A stretch of 64,000 nucleotides of DNA from an uncultured Pelagibacteraceae bacterium. Its GTDB lineage: Bacteria > Pseudomonadota > Alphaproteobacteria > Pelagibacterales > AG-422-B15. Position 1 is the first letter of the stretch, and each line of letters starts with the position of its first letter. Positions 1 to 9,561 of the stretch are shown here, piece by piece. The stretch spans positions 19 through 64,018 of the forward strand of contig CACCKE010000005.1 in assembly GCA_902546615.1 (NCBI GenBank), given 5' to 3'. The notes beneath the pieces were generated by a model. That model saw nothing but the letters and a program-made list of their open reading frames with translations. It ran no database searches and was not told the DNA's origin. The position numbers and the translations under genes are program-made.

Positions 1-1
1 A

Positions 2-820
2 GGTATTAATGCAACAATCTCAGGTTATGAAGAAACAATGGAACAAGCTATAAAGTTTATAAAAAATCAATTAAAAATAAAGAAACTTAATATAAAGAAA
101 AATAAAACTAACTTTCTGCCATTTAATAGAATGAAAGTTAGATTAAAAAAAGAAATTGTAAGTCTAGGTGTTGGAAAATTTAAATCAAAAGATTTTATTG
201 GCAAATATATTCCTCCGTCCGGTTGGGATGATACTATTTTAGATAAAAATATAAAGGTAATTGATGTCAGAAATATGTATGAAATAAAAATTGGCAAATT
301 TAATAAAAGTATAGATCCATTTACTAATACATTTAGAGAATTTCCTGGTAAAATTAAAAATCTAAATCTTTCTAAAAAAGATAAAATCGCAATTTATTGT
401 ACTGGAGGAATTAGATGTGAAAAAGCTTCTGCTTACCTTAAATATAGAGGTTATGAAAATATTTATCAACTTGAAGGAGGAATTCTTAACTATTTGCATT
501 ACAAAATGAATTCAGGCGAATCATCCCAATGGAAAGGAAGTTGTTTTGTATTTGATGACAGAGTGGCAATCGACAATAAACTAAATAAAAGTAAATACTC
601 GCAATGTTATGGCTGCAGAAGCCCTATTACAAAAAAAGATACTTTATCGAAATTTTACAAAAAAGGGGTAACTTGCCCATATTGCTACAATAAAAGATCA
701 ATCAAACAAAAAATGAGTTCGATGACAAGGCAAATCCAAATAGAAAAAGCTGAAAAGAAAAATATAGATCATACATTTAAAAAAATTACTAGAGACAAAT
801 CTAAAAATTCAATGATTTAA
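2..820 (+). CDS. trhO: rhodanese-domain tRNA uridine(34) hydroxylase, TrhO/YceA (UPF0176) family; 5' end cut by window edge
   Basis: The frame is open from nt 2: GINATISGYEET precedes the first listed Met. Rhodanese active-site loop YCTGGIRCEKAS. Cys-rich C-terminal tail (CYGC...CPYC). Confidence 0.8.
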   Translation, partial: GINATISGYEETMEQAIKFIKNQLKIKKLNIKKNKTNFLPFNRMKVRLKKEIVSLGVGKFKSKDFIGKYIPPSGWDDTILDKNIKVIDVRNMYEIKIGKFNKSIDPFTNTFREFPGKIKNLNLSKKDKIAIYCTGGIRCEKASAYLKYRGYENIYQLEGGILNYLHYKMNSGESSQWKGSCFVFDDRVAIDNKLNKSKYSQCYGCRSPITKKDTLSKFYKKGVTCPYCYNKRSIKQKMSSMTRQIQIEKAEKKNIDHTFKKITRDKSKNSMI

Positions 821-1298
821 TAAATTCAAAAAGATCTGTTCCATCAAACAAATAACCTTTAATTCGAAATTTATCGGCGCATTCTATATCTGTGATTTTA
901 TCACCTATAAGAAAACTTTTTGATTTATCTATATCCCATTTTTTTTCTGCTAATTCTAACATCCCTATATTAGGTTTTCTCAGGTGAGAAAGTTCTATGA
1001 ACTTATCTTTAAAATCTGGATGGTAAGGTGAATAAAAAAAATCATCAATCTGAGTTTCATTCTTTTTTAATTCCAAATTAATAAATTTATGCAAACTGTC
1101 AACATCACTTTCAGTATAATAACCTCTGGCAATACCAGATTGATTAGTTGCTACAAATACATAATAACCTCTATCTCTAATATATTTAATCGCTTCTTTT
1201 GAGCCTTTAATCCATTCAAAGTTTTCTATTTTATGCACATACCCCTTATCAACATTAAGTACTCCATCCCTATCAAAAAAAACTGCAGGTTTTGTCAT
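801..1298 (-). CDS. gmhB: D,D-heptose 1,7-bisphosphate phosphatase (HAD-IIIA, GmhB/HisB-N type)
   Basis: HAD motifs FFDRDGVLN, VATNQSGIARG and GDKITDIE. The 165-aa size is typical. The 3' end overlaps the trhO 3' end by 20 nt (convergent). Confidence 0.75.
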   Translation of the reverse strand: MTKPAVFFDRDGVLNVDKGYVHKIENFEWIKGSKEAIKYIRDRGYYVFVATNQSGIARGYYTESDVDSLHKFINLELKKNETQIDDFFYSPYHPDFKDKFIELSHLRKPNIGMLELAEKKWDIDKSKSFLIGDKITDIECADKFRIKGYLFDGTDLFEFIKSLNF

Positions 1299-1383
1299 AA
1301 TATATTTTAATCTTTTTAAAACAAAAAAATTACATAATTTTTAAATTACTTTTTTTATTTTTGGCTTAAAATTGTATTTTTAT

Positions 1384-2487
1384 TTAGGTAAGACTATCTT
1401 TTTGAGTTAAATTATATTGCACATAACCTGAGTATAAAAGAACAAATATAATTGAAGAAATAAATCCTATTAGAATTGATGCCAAAGTAACTTTAAAAAT
1501 ATTTAAAAAGTTTTCTGTTTTTTTATAATTAGATAAATCAATCGAAATCGAATAAAAAGGATCTATTTTTTTTATCTTTTCTATAACGATATCATCTGAT
1601 TTAATTTTATTTAACTGGTTATATAAAGAGTCCAAAATTACCTGCTCTCTAGAATAGTTTTCATCATATAATGATATGTCATTGTCATTTCTTTGATACA
1701 AGTTTTCTAATTCCGCTTCAAGTGCCGCATAACCTCTATAATACTCTGGAACTTTATGAAATACATTTGCATATATGCCATCTTTTATACCATCTTTCAG
1801 ATCTATTTTTCTTGCTATGTTTATTTGTTCTTGAAGATTAGTTATTTGAGTTTTTTTATCTTTTGAATATTTATTTTTTGCAATTTCAAGGTTACGTTCA
1901 GTATCAGCGATCCTATTAATTAATCTTGATTCTTTTATAGCCAATTTATTTTTTACTAGATCTATTAAGTCTTTCTTTATATTTAAGTTAATATTTCTAA
2001 TACTTTCTTCTATAACTTCATAGTGAAATGCTTGATCTTCAATATTAGAGGTAAAAATTATCTTATCTTCATTAATGAGGTAATTTTTAGATTGATTAAT
2101 CAAAAATCTGTTAATTTCATTTTCGTCGTTTAGACTGCCTTTATATTTTGCATTTAATACATTTAAAAATTCTTTATTGATTTTATATTTATCAATAAAC
2201 ATATCCTTTAATGTTTTTCTAGAAATTATTATATCTGACATATCTTCTTCTGCAATCTTGGAACCAAGTAAAAAATTATTAACCTCAAGAAACGAATAAA
2301 ATGATTTCTTTTCAATTAAAGTAATTTTATTTTCGAACGTATATGTTTTTTCTTGATTGTAATAAAAAAATAATCCCAGTAAAAATGACATTAAAGTAAT
2401 AATTAAAACAAAAACAGTCTTTTTACGAATTTCTTCAAAAAGATAAAAAAATGAAAACTCAATTTCTTTATTATTAATTTCACTCAT
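1384..2487 (-). CDS. polysaccharide chain-length determinant (Wzz / PCP-1-like)
   Basis: N-terminal TM (VFVLIITLMSFLLGLFFYY) and C-terminal TM (LASILIGFISSIIFVLLY) flank a long coiled-coil-like region. YYRGYAALEAELENL resembles the Wzz motif. Confidence 0.6.
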   Translation of the reverse strand: MSEINNKEIEFSFFYLFEEIRKKTVFVLIITLMSFLLGLFFYYNQEKTYTFENKITLIEKKSFYSFLEVNNFLLGSKIAEEDMSDIIISRKTLKDMFIDKYKINKEFLNVLNAKYKGSLNDENEINRFLINQSKNYLINEDKIIFTSNIEDQAFHYEVIEESIRNINLNIKKDLIDLVKNKLAIKESRLINRIADTERNLEIAKNKYSKDKKTQITNLQEQINIARKIDLKDGIKDGIYANVFHKVPEYYRGYAALEAELENLYQRNDNDISLYDENYSREQVILDSLYNQLNKIKSDDIVIEKIKKIDPFYSISIDLSNYKKTENFLNIFKVTLASILIGFISSIIFVLLYSGYVQYNLTQKDSLT

Positions 2488-2956
2488 TATTTAAAAATTT
2501 TTTTAATTTATAACGACTTTCACTCGATACAATAAAGCCAACACATTTTTTTGAACCACATTTGCACTGATGATCTTTAAAATCATCTTTATCAAAATCA
2601 TATCCATAATCATAACTTAATTCATCTCCTTCTTTAATATTTTTTTTTGCTATAACCCAAATTTTTCCTCGAATAATTTCTATTTCGCAATTAGGTGAAC
2701 AAGAATGATTTATATAACGAGCTTTATTGTAAGTAGGAGATCCATCAATATCATACCTGCTATTTAGCTCAAATATATAGACAGAACCATGAGTTTTTGA
2801 TTTTAAATATTTATTAATCCTCTTCTCTGATCTCAAATCTCCTTCTTTTTTTGTAATCTTTTCACCTATGTACTCAATTATTCTTTTTCCTTTTTTTATA
2901 TCCTCAGTTGCAAAGACACCTGAAGCATGTATTTTTGATTTTTTAACTTTCCACAT
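2480..2956 (-). CDS. SET-domain protein (putative protein-lysine methyltransferase) with post-SET Cys cluster
   Basis: GVFATEDIKKGKRIIEYIGE, RYINHSCSPNC (NHSC motif), GDELSYDYGYDF and post-SET CKCGSKKC. The 3' end overlaps the start of the Wzz-like gene by 8 nt. Confidence 0.85.
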   Translation of the reverse strand: MWKVKKSKIHASGVFATEDIKKGKRIIEYIGEKITKKEGDLRSEKRINKYLKSKTHGSVYIFELNSRYDIDGSPTYNKARYINHSCSPNCEIEIIRGKIWVIAKKNIKEGDELSYDYGYDFDKDDFKDHQCKCGSKKCVGFIVSSESRYKLKKFLNNE

Positions 2957-2962
2957 ATTTAT

Positions 2963-4249
2963 CTAATCTTCTTTTCTGCTTTGGAAATTATTGAAATTTA
3001 TTGAACCAAAATCATTTTTATAAAATTCATGCAAATAAAATCCAACAGGTAAATAATATATTATATTTATCCAATTATTGAATAAGTTTAAAGTTGGAAA
3101 AAATGGCCAAAAGGAAGAAAAGAAACATATTATTAAGCATATTTGGTAGTCATTAATAATATTTTTTTTGTACTTTAACTTAATAAATAAATGATATGAA
3201 AAAATTCTTAGTATATTTATAAATGCTAATATAAAAAATATTGATCCTACAATCCCTGTTTCAGCAAAAAGTTGAACTAGGTAATTATGCGGATGGGTTT
3301 GACAGGATTCACTTCCTTGACTGTACTTTTCATCATCACATTGATTCCTATAATTATTTGGACCAATTCCAATAAATGGATTTTGGATAAACATGGAATA
3401 TGATGTGAATATTAATTTTTCATGCTCAGGAGAAAATAAATGTATTTGCTCATCTTCATTATTCAAGCCTAACTGTTTAATTGTATAGTCAACATTTCTT
3501 TTTTTTGTTTCTGGAAAAGATAATGAAATAAAAATAATTATAATAATTGACAGTAAGATTGTTATTAATCTAAATAACTTGAATTTTGTTACAAAAATTA
3601 ATATTGCAATACTTGATATAAAAATTAAACCAAGCGCTGTTCTTTCTCCAGAAAAATATATTAAAATATCAGAAAGTATGAAAATAAAAAAAATTAAAAT
3701 ATAATCGATTAACCTTTTATTTTTTTGAATTAAAAAAAATGCCATCATAAATGGAAAAAGTCTAGCTAAATACTGTCCTAATACAGCATTGTCGGTGAAA
3801 GGTAGTTCAATTCTGTCAATTTGATAATTATTGCCAATTAAATTATCTTCGATCAAAATTTGATAAAAACCATATATTAATGCGATTATAATTGCTAAAT
3901 ATAAAAAACTTATAAAATTTTTTTTGAAATCATTATTATGGTCAATCACAAACCAAGTAGCTATAGCAAATATACCAAATCTGAAATATACCAAGCTTGA
4001 TTTTAGAGAGTGTAATGGTGTTTCAGATACTATAGAATTAAGTATTAAATAAATGCACAATAACAAAAAAATTATAAAAAATTTATTTTTTATATATTTG
4101 TAATCTTTACTTTGAACTAAATAAATAATAAATGTTAATGCTAATATTGATATCGCAAAGTCAGCTAAAAAAGGTCCTAATAAAATAGATAAAGGGAGCA
4201 AATAAATAATTTTACTTGAAATATTTACATAACGATCTTTACTAAACAT
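2963..4249 (-). CDS. O-antigen ligase family (Wzy_C domain) polytopic membrane protein; WaaL versus PglL-type O-oligosaccharyltransferase not distinguishable
   Basis: About 10-12 hydrophobic segments. GERTALGLIFIS and the periplasmic-loop motif HPHNYLVQLFAETGIVG are typical of Wzy_C proteins. Confidence 0.75.
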   Translation of the reverse strand: MFSKDRYVNISSKIIYLLPLSILLGPFLADFAISILALTFIIYLVQSKDYKYIKNKFFIIFLLLCIYLILNSIVSETPLHSLKSSLVYFRFGIFAIATWFVIDHNNDFKKNFISFLYLAIIIALIYGFYQILIEDNLIGNNYQIDRIELPFTDNAVLGQYLARLFPFMMAFFLIQKNKRLIDYILIFFIFILSDILIYFSGERTALGLIFISSIAILIFVTKFKLFRLITILLSIIIIIFISLSFPETKKRNVDYTIKQLGLNNEDEQIHLFSPEHEKLIFTSYSMFIQNPFIGIGPNNYRNQCDDEKYSQGSESCQTHPHNYLVQLFAETGIVGSIFFILAFINILRIFSYHLFIKLKYKKNIINDYQICLIICFFSSFWPFFPTLNLFNNWINIIYYLPVGFYLHEFYKNDFGSINFNNFQSRKED

Positions 4250-4310
4250 GAGATACTATAACATCTTCTAAATTCAAAAAATAGGTTCCTTTTAAGCTAA
4301 AAAAAAAGTA
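4250..4310. promoter_or_regulatory. divergent intergenic spacer (ligase operon on the - strand, capD-like gene on the + strand); presumed promoters
   Basis: This is one of only four divergent junctions in the window. No specific -35/-10 boxes can be singled out against the AT-rich background. Confidence 0.3.
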
Positions 4311-6170
4311 ATGAATAAATTAATTTTAAATTTAGGTAATTTAAATCGTAGATCAAAACAATTAATACAAATTATTTCTGATACTACCATTATAGTCTTG
4401 TCATATTATCTTTCTTTTTTAATAAGATTGATGGAATTCAATGACTTTTATGACTCTATAAACTTTGTATCAAATATAATATATCTCAATATTCTAGTTT
4501 TAATGGTTATATTTACTATTTCTGGTCTTTATATATCAGGTGTTTATAGATTAGTTTTAAGATTTTTAAGCAATAAAATAATAATTCAAATTGTTATCAT
4601 ATCTTTACTGTCAACAATATTTTTTTATGTTTGCTCAAATTTCACAAATGAAATTATTCCTCGTTCTGTTCCTATCTTATATGGCTTATTAATAATTTTA
4701 TTTTTTATTTCTTCCAGATTATTTGCAAAATCAATTTTAATTTTAAACAATTCAAATAAAACAAAAATATTGATTTATGGCGCTGGTGAAGGAGGACGAC
4801 AATTATTAAATTTTTTAAGTAAAGAAAGTATTTATGAGCCAATTGCATTTATTGACGATAACACATCTTTAGAAAATTTTGTAATTAATGGATTAAAAAT
4901 ACTTCAGCCTATATCAATTAATGATCTAATTATAAAAGAAAATGTAGACATGATATTACTTGCAATGCCTAGCATGAGTAGAAAGAGACGAAGGGAAGTA
5001 TTAATTTTTTTAGAAAAATTTAAAATTAAGGTAAGAACAATACCAAATCTGAATGATATTGTTTCTGGAAAATCAAAAATAAGTGAATTAAAAAATATAC
5101 CTTTTGAAGAACTTTTAGGAAGAGAGACAATCCCACCCATCAAAGAACTATTAATTAAAAATATTTACAATAAAAATGTGGTGGTTACGGGAGCTGGCGG
5201 ATCTATAGGTAGCGAGATGTGTATTCAAATTATGGAACAAAAGCCAGCCAGTCTTATTCTTCTTGATAACTCAGAATTTGCTTTGTATAAGATTTATTCT
5301 AAAATTTATAACAAATACTCAAGTAATAATGATTCAAAAGTAATCCCAATGCTGGGTAATGTCCAAGATGAATATTTAGTCAATGATATATTAAATAAAT
5401 ATAGTATTAATACAATATATCATACTGCAGCCTATAAACATGTCCCTCTAGTTGAGATTAATTCAATTGAGGCAGTAAAGAATAATATTATTGGAACTAA
5501 GAATATCCTTGATTGCGCAATAAATAATAAAGTATCTTCATTTACTCTTATATCAACAGATAAAGCGGTAAACCCGGTAAACATCATGGGTTATTCAAAA
5601 AGATTTTCAGAACTAGTATGTCAGGCTATATCTACTAGAAATAAAACAACAAAAGTAAGTATTGTTAGATTTGGAAACGTCCTTGGTTCTTCTGGATCAG
5701 TAATCCCATTATTTTCGAAACAAATAAACGATGGTGGGCCAATAACAGTTACACACCAGGATGTCGCAAGATATTTTATGACAATTAAAGAAGCATCAGA
5801 ACTAGTAATACAGGCTTCTGCTATGATGAATAAAGGTCAAGTTTTTATCTTAGACATGGGCGAACAAATTAAAATTTTAGATGTTGCAAAAAGAATGGCT
5901 TCGATTCAAGGTTATACACCATACATAAGTAACAAAGATGAAGCGGGCGACCTTGAAATAAAAATAATAGGCCTCAGAAAAGGTGAAAAACTTAGAGAGG
6001 AGTTATATTACACAAATGAAGTTAGCTCGACTAATCATCCAAGAATTATCTGTGCTCATGAGAATATAATTGATCTTATAGAAATAGAGAAAAAATTTAG
6101 AGAAATTCACTCTGCTTTAGAAAATAGAGATGAAAAAGAAATAAAAAATATTTTGACGAGTATCATTTAG
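4311..6170 (+). CDS. membrane-anchored UDP-N-acetylglucosamine 4,6-dehydratase, CapD/PglF/WbpM family
   Basis: Four N-terminal TM segments. Second Rossmann motif VVVTGAGGSIGSEMC, then YHTAAYKHVPLVE, STDKAVNPVNIMGYSKRFSE and RFGNVLGSSGSVIPLF. Confidence 0.85.
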   Translation: MNKLILNLGNLNRRSKQLIQIISDTTIIVLSYYLSFLIRLMEFNDFYDSINFVSNIIYLNILVLMVIFTISGLYISGVYRLVLRFLSNKIIIQIVIISLLSTIFFYVCSNFTNEIIPRSVPILYGLLIILFFISSRLFAKSILILNNSNKTKILIYGAGEGGRQLLNFLSKESIYEPIAFIDDNTSLENFVINGLKILQPISINDLIIKENVDMILLAMPSMSRKRRREVLIFLEKFKIKVRTIPNLNDIVSGKSKISELKNIPFEELLGRETIPPIKELLIKNIYNKNVVVTGAGGSIGSEMCIQIMEQKPASLILLDNSEFALYKIYSKIYNKYSSNNDSKVIPMLGNVQDEYLVNDILNKYSINTIYHTAAYKHVPLVEINSIEAVKNNIIGTKNILDCAINNKVSSFTLISTDKAVNPVNIMGYSKRFSELVCQAISTRNKTTKVSIVRFGNVLGSSGSVIPLFSKQINDGGPITVTHQDVARYFMTIKEASELVIQASAMMNKGQVFILDMGEQIKILDVAKRMASIQGYTPYISNKDEAGDLEIKIIGLRKGEKLREELYYTNEVSSTNHPRIICAHENIIDLIEIEKKFREIHSALENRDEKEIKNILTSII

Positions 6171-6180
6171 GTAAAATTTT

Positions 6181-6738
6181 TTAATGTAAAATATCCCTAA
6201 TAAAAACTACTTTTATTAGTGTCATTAATATTATTTTGATATCAAAAAATAAGTTTTTATTTTCTTCATAAAATGACTCTAAAATCACTTTTTTTTCAAT
6301 CGAGATAGTATCTCTTCCATTTACCTGCGCCCATCCTGTTAGACCGGGCTTGATATTATTTAATTTATATTTTCTTCTAAGTTTAATCAGATCTTTTTGA
6401 TTAAACAGCGCTGGCCTTGGACCTATTAAGTTCATATCTCCTTTTAAAATAGAATAAAGTTGAGGAATTTCATCAAGACTAAATTTTCTTAAAAATTTAC
6501 CAATTGCAGTGATTCTATCCTTATGATTATCTAATAAATGAGTAGCTAATTGAGGTGTATCAATTTTCATTGTTCTGAATTTAGGCATTAAAAATATTTC
6601 TTCATGTTGACCTACCCTTTTTGACCAAAATAATATTGGTCCTCTAGAATCAATTCTAATTAATATCATTATCAATAATAGAGGGATTACTAGAAATGGA
6701 ACTACTAGTAATAAAGTTAGCCTAAAAATATAATTCAT
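6181..6738 (-). CDS. small initiating phosphoglycosyl transferase (bacterial sugar transferase, PglC/WbaP-C type)
   Basis: One N-terminal re-entrant/TM helix, then PILFWSKRVGQHEEIFLMPKFRTM, DEIPQLYSILKGDMNLIGPRP and GLTGWAQVNGR. Confidence 0.85.
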   Translation of the reverse strand: MNYIFRLTLLLVVPFLVIPLLLIMILIRIDSRGPILFWSKRVGQHEEIFLMPKFRTMKIDTPQLATHLLDNHKDRITAIGKFLRKFSLDEIPQLYSILKGDMNLIGPRPALFNQKDLIKLRRKYKLNNIKPGLTGWAQVNGRDTISIEKKVILESFYEENKNLFFDIKIILMTLIKVVFIRDILH

Positions 6739-7700
6739 TTATTATAATAAGACCTATACCATTTTATAAATTCACTAAGACCTTCGCGTAAAGTATATTT
6801 GACTTTATAATTATATTGCTTCTCAATTCTTGTGTTTAGTGCAAGTGTATCCTTCACATCTCCTTTTTGCATAGGCAAAAATCTTTTCTTTGCTTTAATT
6901 TCCATTACATCTTCAAGAGTTTTAATAAATTTTTTTAAAGTGATAATTTTTCCAGAACCAATATTAAATATCTCATAATTAGTATTAATTTTCTTTTTTG
7001 ACAAAATAATTTTAATGACTGCTTCAACTACATCATCAATATATGTAAAATCTCTATTCATATCCCCGTGATTGTAGATATCAATTTTCTTTTTTTTGAA
7101 AATTGCATCTGTAAACTTAAATAATGCCATATCTGGCCTTCCCCATGGCCCATAAACCGTAAAGAACCTCAATCCAATTGTTGAAAGATTATGAATATGC
7201 GAATAGGTGTGAGCTATTAACTCATTAGCCTTCTTTGTTGCCCCATATATTGACGCAGGCTTTTCACATTTTTCACTTTCATCAGATGGTTTAGTTGTAT
7301 TTAGACCATAGACTGAGCTTGATGAAGCGTAAGCAAATTTTTTTATTTTATTTTTTGCCGACAACTCAATAATATTTCCAAATCCAACTATATTTGAATT
7401 AATAAATAACCCTGGCTTTTCAATAGAATCTCTCACTCCAGCTTGAGCTGCCATATGTACTACATGACTAAATTTTTCTTTTTTAAATAATTTTTCTAGA
7501 CTCAATTTATTTGTAATATCTAATTTATAAAATTTAAAATTTTTATTTTTAGCTAATATTTTCAATCTGCTTTTTTTAAGATCAAGGTCATAAGCTTGAT
7601 TTATATTATCTATTCCAATAACTATAGCGTTGTTATCTAATAATTTTTTGGCTAAATGAAAACCAATAAATCCTGCGGAGCCTGTAAGTAACACTTTCAT
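6735..7700 (-). CDS. NAD-dependent epimerase, UDP-glucuronate 4-epimerase-like (CapI/LpsL type)
   Basis: MKVLLTGSAGFIGFHL Rossmann motif, YASSSSVYG and the YGATKKANE catalytic YxxxK. 4-nt overlap with the downstream gene. Confidence 0.75.
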   Translation of the reverse strand: MKVLLTGSAGFIGFHLAKKLLDNNAIVIGIDNINQAYDLDLKKSRLKILAKNKNFKFYKLDITNKLSLEKLFKKEKFSHVVHMAAQAGVRDSIEKPGLFINSNIVGFGNIIELSAKNKIKKFAYASSSSVYGLNTTKPSDESEKCEKPASIYGATKKANELIAHTYSHIHNLSTIGLRFFTVYGPWGRPDMALFKFTDAIFKKKKIDIYNHGDMNRDFTYIDDVVEAVIKIILSKKKINTNYEIFNIGSGKIITLKKFIKTLEDVMEIKAKKRFLPMQKGDVKDTLALNTRIEKQYNYKVKYTLREGLSEFIKWYRSYYNK

Positions 7701-7702
7701 AT

Positions 7703-8656
7703 TTAATTAATATCTTGATGCTGATTTAGAGAAAAATGATTGAGCTTGAATTTTGTTATAAAACCTAAATTTCTAATTTTTTGTGATGAAAAGGTTGAAA
7801 CTGTAAATAATTTACGATAATCGGCTACAGTAAATGGGAATTTTATAATTAAGTTCATTAAGCTTCCGAGCATTGCTAATAATAAGAAAATAATTCTTGG
7901 AAAAACAATTTTTATTTTATTTTTTGTATGACCTACAGATAAATTTTCGTAAATTTCCCTGAAACTATAGTCGGTTCCATCTGTTACATTATAAATCTGA
8001 TTATTTGTACTTTCATTTATCGCAGCAAAAATTAAGGAATCAATAAGATCACTAACATGAATCATTGATTGACTTTTAATAGTTTCTTGCGGTATGGGAA
8101 AAAATCCAGTTGAAATTAATTGTAACATCTTTTTCAAGTTTCCTTTCATTTCTGGACCGTACACAAGAGAAGATCTAATGATTGATATATTCATATTAGA
8201 ATTACTTGAAATTTCAATTAGTTTTTTTTCTGCATCTCTTTTAAACTTACCGTATAAATCTATTTTACTACTGTAATCATCTTCCTTAAGTCTTTTTCCC
8301 TTTATATTTCCCGCTGCTTTTACACTACTTAAAAAGACAAATTTTTTTACTCCATTTTTTTCTGAGTATTTTGCAAGTTTTATTGTTGCGTCATAATTTA
8401 TTTTTTTACATTGAAATTTTAATTTTTTAGAATTCAGAGCTGTATGTGCTTGACCTGCTATATGAATTACAACATCGATATTTTTGAATATCTTATCGTC
8501 ATAATATTCATCAGCTAAATCTAGTTTTATATATTTTTTATTTTCTTTGAGGAGATTTCTATTTAAAAATACAAAATCATAATTATATTTTTTATGAAGA
8601 GAGAAAAAATTTGAGCCTATAAATCCTGTTGATGAGGTAACTAAAATTTTAGTCAT
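7703..8656 (-). CDS. NAD-dependent epimerase/dehydratase family (extended SDR)
   Basis: ILVTSSTGFIGSNF glycine-rich motif, SSVKA and YGKFKRDAE (YxxxK). Confidence 0.65.
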   Translation of the reverse strand: MTKILVTSSTGFIGSNFFSLHKKYNYDFVFLNRNLLKENKKYIKLDLADEYYDDKIFKNIDVVIHIAGQAHTALNSKKLKFQCKKINYDATIKLAKYSEKNGVKKFVFLSSVKAAGNIKGKRLKEDDYSSKIDLYGKFKRDAEKKLIEISSNSNMNISIIRSSLVYGPEMKGNLKKMLQLISTGFFPIPQETIKSQSMIHVSDLIDSLIFAAINESTNNQIYNVTDGTDYSFREIYENLSVGHTKNKIKIVFPRIIFLLLAMLGSLMNLIIKFPFTVADYRKLFTVSTFSSQKIRNLGFITKFKLNHFSLNQHQDIN

Positions 8657-8685
8657 TTTTTTTTAAAATATATCTAATTTTTAGC

Positions 8686-9540
8686 TTAGATATACTGAAT
8701 TGGAACATTTTTCCAATCTATTATATTGCTAGCTTCAGAAACACACTCGAATTTGAAATCATTTAGTAGTTTTACTAGCTTATTTTTTGAAGACTTAAGT
8801 CCGATATAAGATTTAATATATCTAATAAGACTAATATCTTTTAAAACTGGCTGGTCAGGATCAAAATCTCGTGGATGAAAATAAGTCATTACATAGCTAG
8901 ACTCTTTCATCATTTTTTTAATCATAAAATAAGGAAATATTCTAAAATACCCTCCTCCTGAAAATATTATATTTTTTCCAAATAGATTATAAAAATTAAT
9001 TGGAAATTCTTTAATTTCACAATTGTTTTTCGTTTTTATTAAACAAGGCGAAGGTGATACAAAGCTGGGAAATCCTCCATTTTCCCTTGTCGCGGGGAAT
9101 ATTGAACAATCATACTTTATTTCAAAATCTATTAGTTCCTCAATCATCCATGAATTTTTCTCTCCCAAACTGAAGCTTGGAGCTCTATATATATCAATTT
9201 TCTTACCAATAAGATCCTCAATTGAATTTTTTGATATTTTAATATCTTCCCTCAACTCTTCTCTATTTAGTTTAAATAATAGTTTATGGTTATTAGAATG
9301 AGAGCCAATTTCATGACCTAAACTATCAATTTTTTTAATTATTTTGGGATATTTTCTTGCAACCCAGCCCAAACAGAAAAAAGTTCCTTTCTTACCTGAA
9401 GAATCCAGAGCATCAAATATAAATTCCATGTTTTGATTTAATCTACTTTCATAATTTGAAAGTGACATCTCATCTTCAAGAAAATTATTATCAAATTTTA
9501 TATGGAACCATTCTTCAATATCAAATGTTAGAATATTCAT
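8686..9540 (-). CDS. polysaccharide deacetylase family protein (NodB fold with DUF3473-like C-terminus)
   Basis: NILTFDIEEWFH N-terminus, GHEIGSHSNNH metal-site motif, YRAPSFS. Layout resembles the deacetylases found in EPS loci. Confidence 0.7.
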   Translation of the reverse strand: MNILTFDIEEWFHIKFDNNFLEDEMSLSNYESRLNQNMEFIFDALDSSGKKGTFFCLGWVARKYPKIIKKIDSLGHEIGSHSNNHKLLFKLNREELREDIKISKNSIEDLIGKKIDIYRAPSFSLGEKNSWMIEELIDFEIKYDCSIFPATRENGGFPSFVSPSPCLIKTKNNCEIKEFPINFYNLFGKNIIFSGGGYFRIFPYFMIKKMMKESSYVMTYFHPRDFDPDQPVLKDISLIRYIKSYIGLKSSKNKLVKLLNDFKFECVSEASNIIDWKNVPIQYI

Positions 9541-9561
9541 AAAAATAAATGATGATAATTA

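Noticed and set aside
2480-2956. The SET-domain gene as eukaryotic contamination or an assembly chimera
   Set aside because: It has the same AT-rich composition as its neighbours. It overlaps the downstream bacterial Wzz-like gene by 8 nt and starts 6 nt after the upstream gene, so it is native to the operon.
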